NCBI RefSeq assembly: GCF_000281045.1
Contig: NW_008246113.1
Location: forward strand, 419,953 to 453,115
Direction of reading: 5' to 3'
DNA length: 33,163 nucleotides
Origin: Saprolegnia diclina VS20
Lineage: Eukaryota
Numbering within the stretch: position 1 is the first letter of the stretch; each line of letters opens with the position of its first letter. Position numbers and translations under genes: made by a program. Under the pieces are notes generated by a model that saw only the letters and a program-made list of their open reading frames with translations, did not search any database and was not told where the DNA came from. This document shows, one piece after another, positions 1 to 9,052 of the stretch.

Positions 1-561
1 TGGCCGCAGTGCGACCGACAGTATCGCTCGTGGTGCCACTCGCACGCTGCGCAGCGCTGCCCACAGTGTTCGACGACCATCGAGAAAGACGGCGGATGCA
101 GCCACATGAAGTGCACGTATTGCCACTACGATTTTTGCTGGCGCTGCCGCATCAAGTGGGCTGACCACAACCATGCGCTGTGTCTGCCGGTCGCATGCGT
201 GCGCTCGACGCATTGGGCCTTTGGCCCGATCGCGCCTGTCCGGTTTGTGACCAAGACCGTCGCGGGTGTCCTTGGTGTCGGCGTTGCCGTTGCAGCGGGC
301 GCCGTCGCCGTTGGCGTCGCCGTCGTCGTCGTGCCACCAATTTTAGTCTACGATGGAGTTCACGCCCTTTGTCGTAGCGACTCGACCGACGCAGTCCCCC
401 AGGTGATGCATTCGCGCCCTCGTCATGCCGTCAGATATACGTCGCTTGCGTCAGTTCCTGACGCGACCGACGACACTATCTATTGCCTCCTTGGACCTGA
501 GTCGCCACTCAATCAAGCCAACGCATCAACAAGCTACATGCACGAACAAGACGCACCCTAA
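1..561 (+). CDS. RBR-type E3 ubiquitin ligase, 5'-truncated by window edge (RING2 + C-terminal hydrophobic segment)
   Basis: Frame 1 is open from base 1: WPQCDRQYRSWCHSHAAQRCPQCSTTIEKDGGCSHMKCTYCHYDFCWRC (RING2 with catalytic GGC-x-H), then hydrophobic VAGVLGVGVAVAAGAVAVGVAVVVVPPILVY. Stop at 559-561. Confidence 0.9.
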   Translation, partial: WPQCDRQYRSWCHSHAAQRCPQCSTTIEKDGGCSHMKCTYCHYDFCWRCRIKWADHNHALCLPVACVRSTHWAFGPIAPVRFVTKTVAGVLGVGVAVAAGAVAVGVAVVVVPPILVYDGVHALCRSDSTDAVPQVMHSRPRHAVRYTSLASVPDATDDTIYCLLGPESPLNQANASTSYMHEQDAP

Positions 562-604
562 CAAGGTGTTTTCAACGAAATAGCTAGCTGCATTAATGAA
601 GGCG

Positions 605-699
<95 letters not shown>
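605..699. repeat. (ATCT)n / (GATA)n microsatellite, about 23-24 perfect units
   Basis: Directly visible uninterrupted ATCT tandem array. Confidence 0.98.
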
Positions 700-826
700 A
701 CTGTTTGACGGACTGAAGGCTATCATAGTGTGCAACGTGCTTGCAACCTGCAGCTGTTAGTTATGTCGCTGCTACAACTGCGCCGTGGTTTTCTCGACTT
801 CGCACGCAGATACCTCCTCGGGACTA

Positions 827-2318
827 CAGTGCACGCCATCTGTAGCCTACCAAATCGCCCTTTTTGTAACAATTTTGACCCGGTGTTATCCGGATCCGGA
901 CGAGAGGCAAAATTTTCTGAAAGACATCGAATTAGGCTATGAATCACGCAGCGGTGCTAGTTATGCTCATAAAGCTATCGTTTACGCCTTGTCTAGCACC
1001 GACATGTTGATACGCCGATGAGAGCGTCGCTTCTTGACGGCCCATTCCGCTGCCTCCAACGATAGGCCTTTGCGATAGGCGTCCATGTACCGCCAGCACT
1101 TTCTGGCGTAGCGACGAATGGAGGCTAACTTGTCGTGCTCCATGGCAGCTTCGATCGTCGGGAGAAGCTTTGCGAACGAGTAATCGCAGTGCTCTCGGCA
1201 GTAGTACTTGAGGGCACCCAGTACATCTCGATGACATTGAACTCGCAGTGAAACTTGGGCAGAAAGAGAGCGACGTGCCCAGCAGCCTCAATGGTTTCTT
1301 CAACGCAGCCCTTCTGGGACGTGAAGTCGGGCTGGGATCCGAGGAGGTCCTTGGCCGTGTCGAGTCTGAGGCTGGCGCTCCAAAGCCCCCGCTCCTGGAG
1401 TACGATCCTGATACCCTTGGGCGTTTCGTCGGGAGCTTTGACCAGCGACTGCGTGACACGCACGCCATCCTTCTCGTACCAGCCGTCGCGCAGCTTGGGT
1501 TGCTTGCCGCCGGGGTTGAGGTTCATGTTTGACGTATTGAGCGCGTCGGCAGCAAAAGCACCATGGTTGGTGCTGTTGTCGAACAGAAAGACGCCGACGC
1601 AATCCGGGCGCAGGGCCTCGAACACAGGAAGCATCTGGTGCCGACGTACGCGGCTCGCTTGCGCTGCGCAGCCTTGTCATCGTGCGCGATGGTCCAAACG
1701 ACTGGAGTCTCTTCTTCATCTGGACCTTCTTCACGTGGACCCTCGTCGACGTTGATGTTGTCTGTGACCATGAAGAAGTCTTCGTCCTCCAAGTTGTCGT
1801 CCTCCGAGTCGTCGACCTCGATGCCGTCGTCAAGAAGCGTCTCCTCCTGCTCCAGGGGTGGGCCTAGATACAATAGTCAGTTGTAGAAAGCTGCCCTAGC
1901 GCAAAGTACCTTGTGCTGCGGAGACGGCCTAAGCACGGTCCAGCTTTCGGGCCTTGCGTGCGTGCTCCAAGTGCAGGACTCGCTTGGTCTTCCGAGGCAT
2001 GGAAAAATGGCTGAGTGAGCTCGTTATCCGGATAATGACACCTCATCCGGCGCCGGTGGGCCTTATCCGGAGGGGCTCCATGTTATCCGGTCAAATTTAT
2101 GTAACAATTTCGGACCCCTTGGTACTGTGATGCCCAACTTTGAACGCCCATAACTTCGTCAGTTTTTCATTTCATTGCGATCGGCTCTTATACATCTCTT
2201 CGTCTTGGACAGAACAGTCGATTTATAACGTCCTTTTGATATAAAAATGAAGACTCAGAGCTAGGATTCAAAAGTTTTGGACCACATTCATCTGGTAGGG
2301 TACAGGTGGCGTGCACTG
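827..2318 (-). mobile_element. Internally deleted IS630/Tc1/mariner-superfamily DNA transposon (1492 bp)
   Basis: Left TIR 827-855 is CAGTGCACGCCATCTGTAGCCTACCAAAT. Reverse complement of right TIR 2290-2318 is CAGTGCACGCCACCTGTACCCTACCAGAT (26/29 identical). TA flanks both ends (825-826, 2319-2320). A transposase relic lies inside. Confidence 0.9.
982..2000 (-). pseudogene. DDE transposase pseudogene (PKFHCE(L/F)NxIE-type Tc1/IS630-like)
   Basis: ATG at 2000 (MPRKTKRVLHLEHARK...) with premature TAG near 1930; GT-AG intron 1909-1864; acidic linker; frame change near 1640 into FLFDNSTNH...GGKQPKLRDG...KGIRIVLQERGL...QPDF...GHVALFLPKFHCEFNVIEMYW. A 1-nt frameshift near 1217 restores GALKYYCREHCDYSF...CWRYMDAYRKGL...SHRRI, with stop at 982-984. 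Confidence 0.88.
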
Positions 2319-2504
2319 TATCTTATACAAAGTAATGTCGTGCTCATGATACGAGTTGAATGCGCCACACAAACGTGGTGGGTCAAGTTGTGCAGGGAAG
2401 TACCCCACAACACCAAATAGAAATGCCACTCAACACGAAGTGCACACGGCACCATTTTGTACAGTATTTCAGTATGTAGCGCCATGCCATCCCAACTATC
2501 GCGA

Positions 2505-2680
2505 GGTCGACCACTTTGCGTTTGAAAACGAAATGGCCAAGACGTGGCACAGTGGTAGAGGACATGATGCATAGCACGAGAGCAAGGTCGCGCTGACGTG
2601 CGAGGCGTCCAGCGGTAGCGAGACGCGATCCAAGATGCGCGCCAAACTAAGATCGTAGTACCAGCTGAGAGGCACCACGC
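2505..2680. repeat. Dispersed repeat copy A (diverged partner at 21961-22140)
   Basis: Shared blocks GGTCGACCACTTTGCGTTTGAAAA, GTGCGAGGCGT(C/A)CAGCGGTAGCGAGACGCGATCCAAG and ACTAAGATCGTAGT occur in the same order. Confidence 0.85.
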
Positions 2681-3006
2681 CAGGACGTCTTAGCAAACTC
2701 GGACTTGCTCCAGATCACACGACAGTGCAGCGTAGAGATCCACTCATTGGGGTTGGTTCAAATGGGCCTAGTAGAGCACTTGGCCGTTGGGAATGAGCTG
2801 CTCGCGCGAGTCGTACGCAGGCTCCTGAACTCGGACCACCCGACAGACGAGTGCGTTTCAAACGAAACCGTCCGAGCCCGTATCCGAATAAATCCGGATA
2901 CCGGCGAGCATGGAGCCGACGCCAGACTTGGCGCCGGCGGCAGTGGCGACCGCGCCCGCGGGGCGAAACGCAGGAGGGCCAGCGTCATCTCCTTTCCTTG
3001 ACGGTC

Positions 3007-3039
3007 GCCGCCTAAGTGCTGGTCCAGCACTTAGGCGGC
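3007..3039. repeat. Perfect 16-bp palindrome with 1-nt loop
   Basis: GCCGCCTAAGTGCTGG-T-CCAGCACTTAGGCGGC. Confidence 0.95.
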
Positions 3040-4356
3040 AAAGGACGTAAGGCACAGGCCACACAGCTCGCCGAAGCGCGCCATGGCCCTTGGCCATGGC
3101 CCTTGGAATGGCGTCCAGCCAACAAACCTGCTAACGTAACAATGACAACCCATTGGTGCACCATTGGAACACAGGCTCTATCTAGGCTTCTGCATGCTCC
3201 ACCACGTTGTATCGTGCGAGAGCAGCATGTATGAGTTGTCCTGAACATACGTAGATGCAGCACAAAGGACGGACACGTTAGTAGCACAACTATACACGCA
3301 CATCGACTCTGGACTCTACTGCAGTCTACTATGTGCACCCCGCACCATTTTTCGCGCCTTCAATCGAGTGCACCACCTGTTTGTGTAGAACAACTGCACG
3401 CAACCGTTACCCAGTTTGGCGGTTGTAAATCAAGTTGCCAATCAGGTCTGCTGTTCGATCGCACGCAGTGCTTGTGGACTCGGGAATGTTCTTCTCACAT
3501 TCAAATACGAGCCANNNNNNNNNNNNNNNNNNNNNNNNNNNNNNNNNNNNNNNNNNNNNNNNNNNNNNNNNNNNNNNNNNNNNNNNNNNNNNNNNNNNNN
3601 NNNNNNNNNNNNNNNNNNNNNNNNNNNNNNNNNNNNNNNNNNNNNNNNNNNNNNNNNNNNNNNNNNNNNNNNNNNNNNNNNNNNNNNNNNNNNNNNNNNN
3701 NNNNNNNNNNNNNNNNNNNNNNNNNNNNNNNNNNNNNNNNNNNNNNNNNNNNNNNNNNNNNNNNNNNNNNNNNNNNNNNNNNNNNNNNNNNNNNNNNNNN
3801 NNNNNNNNNNNNNNNNNNNNNNNNNNNNNNNNNNNNNNNNNNNNNNNNNNNNNNNNNNNNNNNNNNNNNNNNNNNNNNNNNNNNNNNNNNNNNNNNNNNN
3901 NNNNNNNNNNNNNNNNNNNNNNNNNNNNNNNNNNNNNNNNNNNNNNNNNNNNNNNNNNNNNNNNNNNNNNNNNNNNNNNNNNNNNNNNNNNNNNNNNNNN
4001 NNNNNNNNNNNNNNNNNNNNNNNNNNNNNNNNNNNNNNNNNNNNNNNNNNNNNNNNNNNNNNNNNNNNNNNNNNNNNNNNNNNNNNNNNNNNNNNNNNNN
4101 NNNNNNNNNNNNNNNNNNNNNNNNNNNNNNNNNNNNNNNNNNNNNNNNNNNNNNNNNNNNNNNNNNNNNNNNNNNNNNNNNNNNNNNNNNNNNNNNNNNN
4201 NNNNNNNNNNNNNNNNNNNNNNNNNNNNNNNNNNNNNNNNNNNNNNNNNNNNNNNNNNNNNNNNNNNNNNNNNNNNNNNNNNNNNNNNNNNNNNNNNNNN
4301 NNNNNNNNNNNNNNNNNNNNNNNNNNNNNNNNNNNNNNNNNNNNNNNNNNNNNNNN

Positions 4357-4508
4357 CGCCCGTCCGGTTTGTGACCAAGACGGTGGCGGGTGTTGCGGGC
4401 GCGTGCGTCGCTGTTGTCGTCGTCGCGATCGCGGTGCCGCCAGTCGCCATCCTTTACGCCTATTGCCAAATCCGTTATGGTCATGGGTTCCCCTTGTTTG
4501 GCACATGA
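4357..4508 (+). CDS. 3' end of an RBR E3 ligase paralog (rest in assembly gap)
   Basis: PVRFVTKTVAGVAGACVAVVVVAIAVPPVAILYAYCQIRYGHGFPLFGT*, homologous to the C-terminal membrane segment of the copy at 1-561. Preceded by an N-gap. Confidence 0.8.
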
Positions 4509-4966
4509 AAAATGCTCCGTCTCAAGGCACCAGTATATTATAATGATAGAAATGTAGTCTATTAGAGATTTTGTCAGCAACACCCAGTTGGGATAACTCT
4601 TGCCGTCTTGGAAAAGCCAGAGTCGATTTTGTTTCGACCTATCGTGGGAGTTGGTGGCAGCGCTAGAGAGTGTCTTCGTGCCGCCCATGGTCGCTTTGGG
4701 AATTGCATAACTCCCACGCATTTAAGCGTAGCGCTACGTATGCGAAGTCTTTGTGTAATAACGAAGATGACGCATAACACGTTCATGTATATATTGGAGC
4801 GGACCCGAGATCAGTAACGGTCGGTCGTCAGGAACGTCGTCGGACAAATCTTTATGCGGATCCGGATGGAGCGAGATCCGCTGTCGTAGTTGCTTTCATG
4901 AGTGAGTTGCGTCGAGTTCTATCACATAGAACAACAAGTCGCTACCATCGACAACGTGGCAGGTGT

Positions 4967-5942
4967 TTACCGTGGATGGTCAGTGTGCACGCGCGGAGGA
5001 CGGTCGATGTGGGTGCGTGGACCCCGCGCTGGGTTTCGTGGGGCTCGGTGGCGGCGCCAGAGACCATCGATACCAACGTAGACGATGGCCAGTGGCAATA
5101 TTATAGCCGTTGCAAGAGTCCCCACAAGCACCGTAGCGGCGCCGAAAACGATTTTGGTGATGCACCGCAGAGGCGCCGGACCAAAGCACCAATGCTGGGA
5201 GTGCCTGAGCGTGTGCACCGGGCACAGTGTCACGTTGTGGTCTAGCCACTGGACGCGACAGCGCCAGCAAAACTCGTGTTGGCAATACGTGCACTGTATG
5301 TGATTGCAACCACCGTCCTTTTCAACGATGGCCGAACACGACGGACAGCGCCGGGCTCCGTGCGCGCGGCACCACGACCGGTACTCTTGATGGCACTGCG
5401 GCCACATATGGTACGCGCCACCGCAGTCGCGGCACGACACGTGGCGGCAGCTCTCACAGTCGACGCGGCGCTTGCTTTTGCCTGACGATGCAAGCTCCTG
5501 GCCGCATTCAGGCCGCGGGCAAAAGCGCTGGCCACGGCGCCGGTGCAAGGCAGCCTCGAGGGCGACCGTATACTTGTGGATGTATTGTCTCGGCAGAAAC
5601 GGCACGAAAATCTCGCGCAAAATCGGTTGCCGGCATGAGCCGGGACATACGAGTTGGTGCGGCACGACCTCGCTGGCGTCAATCTTGTATATCAGATACG
5701 AGCGAAAGCAGCTGTGGCAAACTCTGGTATCGCAGCGACGGCAGTGATGGGCACCCTGGACGGGCCGTGCCTCGAGGCAGACGCTGCACGTGGCGTCGAC
5801 CAGCGCAGAGGCATCGCGCGGTGCGCTATCCCTCGAGCTGCGTCGAACGACGGGCTTCTAGACACGTAAGAATAGTTTTTTGTAACGGAGCGTGGGAAGA
5901 GACTAGGGTAAATACCTTGATGGGACGTCCAGAGCGGGACAT
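4967..5942 (-). CDS. RBR E3 ubiquitin ligase with C-terminal TM segment, 2 exons (5942-5916, 5857-4967), about 305 aa
   Basis: The frame is open upstream of the ORF-track start through RING1 (CSVCLE...HHCRRCDTRVCHSC...LVCPGSC) up to an AG at 5859-5858. A phase-0 58-nt GT-AG intron (5915-5858) joins MSRSGRPIK. IBR (FCPRPEC...CESC...CRDC...H) and RING2 (KDGGCNH...FCWRC) follow. Confidence 0.88.
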
Positions 5943-6582
5943 AGTGCGTTGCAGAGAGAGGACAATGACAAGTGGCAAGTAGATCGCTGCAAACATGGAA
6001 CGAGCATCACTCACGCCGGTCGTATCCAAATTCGATGCCCTTGGATTGACAACCCGGCGACATAACGTCACGACTTGATTTATCCGGATAATAATGACAC
6101 GGTTTCTTGTCCGCGATATTCTAACAACTGTGCTGTGCCATACTAGTACGAAGGTCGCGGGAATACCTGGTCGACGCATGTACTTTGGACTGAGAACCAC
6201 GGTGAACGCTGACGGGAATGCGATCTGCGGAGCAAGATGCCAGCTCAACGATTCGAGCTGTATGCTCGAGGTGCCGACGGAGATCAAGCTGCTCAGAGGC
6301 GTCGTGAACGAGTCTAATGAAATGACTCTGGTAGCCTTGATGTCGGTAGTCTGCAGCAGCAGGTCGGAGCGCAAGACTTGATTCTCCCGGACGCGCCAGA
6401 CGTTGAACAAGACACGGGCGCGGAACACTAATCGAACGCAGCTTGGACCAACGTTCCTAGTCGTAGAATGTTGCACGTGTTGACAACGACACAAGTTCAC
6501 AGCTCAGAGACGAACATTCTGGAGCACAGTTGTGGTCTCTGGTTCACAATCTAGTCTCAATTCTGTGGTGGCTACCTCGCCC

Positions 6583-6607
6583 TCCAACCTCAAATTTTGA
6601 GGTTGGA
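6583..6607. repeat. Perfect 12-bp palindrome with 1-nt loop
   Basis: TCCAACCTCAAA-T-TTTGAGGTTGGA. Confidence 0.93.
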
Positions 6608-6804
6608 TCAACGTCTATTTTGCAAAGACATGGTTGTCACCGCCACAATCCTATTCGCGACCAAGGTGCTGCATCCTATCCACCAAACGAATCGATGATC
6701 TCCGGTCCTCCTCCCACCCCATTCGTACAAACCCCTCTTCCTATGAGGCGTGGACTCATTCGGCTACGTGGCCATAGACGAACCCTATCGAGCAACCGCC
6801 AAAC

Positions 6805-7833
6805 TTGGTAGCTGACAACGCGATTGGTGACCATCTCCGCACTTTCTCAGTCACTGCGCTCTGTGTCATCTGCCTCGAAGATCGACCCGTTGAGCGTGCC
6901 CACCGCTGCCAGCGCTGTGATTCCAACTGCTGCAGGAACTGCTTTGGCTCGTACTTGATTCAAAAGATTGCGGATGGTGACGTCGCGCCGCACCAACTCG
7001 TGTGCCCCGGCCAGTGCCGGCAACCGATTCCACGAACCGTGCTCGCCCAGTTTGTGTCCCCAAGCTATCTCCAAAAGTACATTCAGTTCCTCACGTCGTA
7101 CGAGCTCCGTCAGCGCGGCCATCGATACTGCCCGCGACCGCAGTGCGGCCAGCTACTGCCGACGGCAACCTCTCACAAGAACAAGAAGATGAACAAGCGC
7201 CGCGTCGACTGTCCGAGCTGCCAGCAGTCGTCGTGTCGCGACTGCGGCGACGCCTACCATCGATGGCCGCAGTGCGACCGACAGTATCGCTCGTGGTGCC
7301 ACTCGCACGCTGCGCAGCGCTGCCCACAGTGTTCGACGACCATCGAGAAAGACGGCGGNNNNNNNNNNNNNNNNNNNNNNNNNNNNNNNNNNNNNNNNNN
7401 NNNNNNNNNNNNNNNNNNNNNNNNNNNNNNNNNNNNNNNNNNNNNNNNNNNNNNNNNNNNNNNNNNNNNNNNNNNNNNNNNNNNNNNNNNNNNNNNNNNN
7501 NNNNNNNNNNNNNNNNNNNNNNNNNNNNNNNNNNNNNNNNNNNNNNNNNNNNNNNNNNNNNNNNNNNNNNNNNNNNNNNNNNNNNNNNNNNNNNNNNNNN
7601 NNNNNNNNNNNNNNNNNNNNNNNNNNNNNNNNNNNNNNNNNNNNNNNNNNNNNNNNNNNNNNNNNNNNNNNNNNNNNNNNNNNNNNNNNNNNNNNNNNNN
7701 NNNNNNNNNNNNNNNNNNNNNNNNNNNNNNNNNNNNNNNNNNNNNNNNNNNNNNNNNNNNNNNNNNNNNNNNNNNNNNNNNNNNNNNNNNNNNNNNNNNN
7801 NNGGTGTCCCTCGCTCTCTGCCGTCGCCACTGA
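6805..7833 (+). CDS. RBR E3 ubiquitin ligase (start uncertain, interrupted by gap)
   Basis: CVICLE...HRCQRCDSNCCRNC...LVCPGQC (RING1), YCPRPQC...CPSC...CRDC (IBR), CPQCSTTIEKDG (RING2 start). After the gap, ALCRRH* matches GVHALCR of the paralog at 1-561. No clean ATG was found. Confidence 0.85.
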   Translation: MVADNAIGDHLRTFSVTALCVICLEDRPVERAHRCQRCDSNCCRNCFGSYLIQKIADGDVAPHQLVCPGQCRQPIPRTVLAQFVSPSYLQKYIQFLTSYELRQRGHRYCPRPQCGQLLPTATSHKNKKMNKRRVDCPSCQQSSCRDCGDAYHRWPQCDRQYRSWCHSHAAQRCPQCSTTIEKDGXXXXXXXXXXXXXXXXXXXXXXXXXXXXXXXXXXXXXXXXXXXXXXXXXXXXXXXXXXXXXXXXXXXXXXXXXXXXXXXXXXXXXXXXXXXXXXXXXXXXXXXXXXXXXXXXXXXXXXXXXXXXXXXXXXXXXXXXXXXXXXXXXXXXXVSLALCRRH

Positions 7834-8161
7834 ATCCAGCAAGCGTACTGACAAGTGACATGTTTTAGCCGTGGTCGTCATCCTGGTCCGGTTGTAGTTT
7901 TGTGTTCAACGAAGAATATACGATCCGCCTATCTATCGCTATGGGCATCAACTACAAATCGACTCGAAATGGATGACATTGTGGTTTGTGGTAGCTACCG
8001 ACATTTCAAAAATGCATTCGCTTTATCGCATCGTCCCTTTAACAGAATTACGTCGCAACCACATGTGGGATTAGGGTTAAGAAGAAGAAATTGTGATTGT
8101 GATTGAAGTTGATTGCTGAACAATGCCTTACATTTGGGTTTAGGGTACACACGCGTCACAC

Positions 8162-9052
8162 CTATTGGTGGGGGCGAAGGGCGCGAACACCATAGTACAC
8201 GGCCAGCGGTGGCAACGCGGCGACGGCCACACCCGCAGCAACGACACCCGCAACGACGGCCACGCCCGCACCGACCGTGCCGACGACCGCCTTGGTCATA
8301 AACCGGACTGGCGCGACGGGGCCAAAAAACTTGTGTTTGGAGCGGAGGTACGCGAGTGGCCAGCACAGCACCGCGTTGTGGTCGTCCCACTTGGTACGGC
8401 AGCGCCAGCAAAACTGATAGTAGCAATGCGTGCACGTCATGTGGTTGCAGCCGCCGTGCTTCTCGATGGTCGCCGAGCACAGTGGGCAATGCTGCGCGGC
8501 GTGGGCGTGGCACCACGACCGATACGCGCGGTCGCACTGTGGCCACCGGTGGTACGCGCCGCCGCAGTCGCGGCACGACGCATGGTGGCAGCTCTTGCAG
8601 TCGACGCGGCGCTTGGTCTTCTTCTGGCGCAATGTCGGCGACGGTAGCAACTGGCCGCACTGGGGGCGTGGGCAAAAGCGGTGCCCGCGCTGCCGGTGCT
8701 CGTACGCCTCGAGGAAAAGCACGTACTTTTGTACGAGGCTCGTCGACACGACCTGTGCAAGCGCGAGGCGCGGAATCGGTCGTCGGCATGGCCCGGGGCA
8801 CACGAGCTGGTGCGGCGCGACCTGGCCATTGACAATCTTGTGCGTCACATACAGGCGGTAGCAGCCGCCGCAAAAGATGGCGTCGCAGTCGATGCACCGG
8901 TGCACGCGCACGTCGTCGTCGGCAGCGGGCCGTGGCACCTCGAGGCAGATCAAGCACGAGGCGTCGAGATGCGCCGGCGCGATCGCATTTTGGCGCTCAA
9001 GGAAGCCCGAGGCCTCGCTGTCTTCGTCGTCCGAGACCCACGCGTAGTGCAT
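8162..9052 (-). CDS. RBR E3 ubiquitin ligase with C-terminal TM segment, 296 aa
   Basis: Complete intronless ORF: CLICLE..HRCIDCDAIFCGGC..VCPGPC, FCPRPQC..CKSC..CRDC..H..C, CPLC..EKHGGCNHMTCTHC..FCWRC, then hydrophobic tail. Confidence 0.93.
   Translation of the reverse strand: MHYAWVSDDEDSEASGFLERQNAIAPAHLDASCLICLEVPRPAADDDVRVHRCIDCDAIFCGGCYRLYVTHKIVNGQVAPHQLVCPGPCRRPIPRLALAQVVSTSLVQKYVLFLEAYEHRQRGHRFCPRPQCGQLLPSPTLRQKKTKRRVDCKSCHHASCRDCGGAYHRWPQCDRAYRSWCHAHAAQHCPLCSATIEKHGGCNHMTCTHCYYQFCWRCRTKWDDHNAVLCWPLAYLRSKHKFFGPVAPVRFMTKAVVGTVGAGVAVVAGVVAAGVAVAALPPLAVYYGVRALRPHQ

Noticed and set aside
605..699. ATCT array as a CRISPR or telomere-like structure
   Set aside because: Simple tetranucleotide microsatellite with no spacers; not a TTTAGGG-type repeat.
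3331..4721. Long ORFs spanning N-runs (also 7002-7881, 29349-31106, 32007-32378)
   Set aside because: Artefacts of translating assembly gaps. Only the segments with RBR or RdRP homology were kept.
5826..6500. 224-aa minus and 95-aa plus ORFs
   Set aside because: No recognisable motifs. The 3' part overlaps exon 1 and the intron of the RBR gene. Probably a degraded relic.
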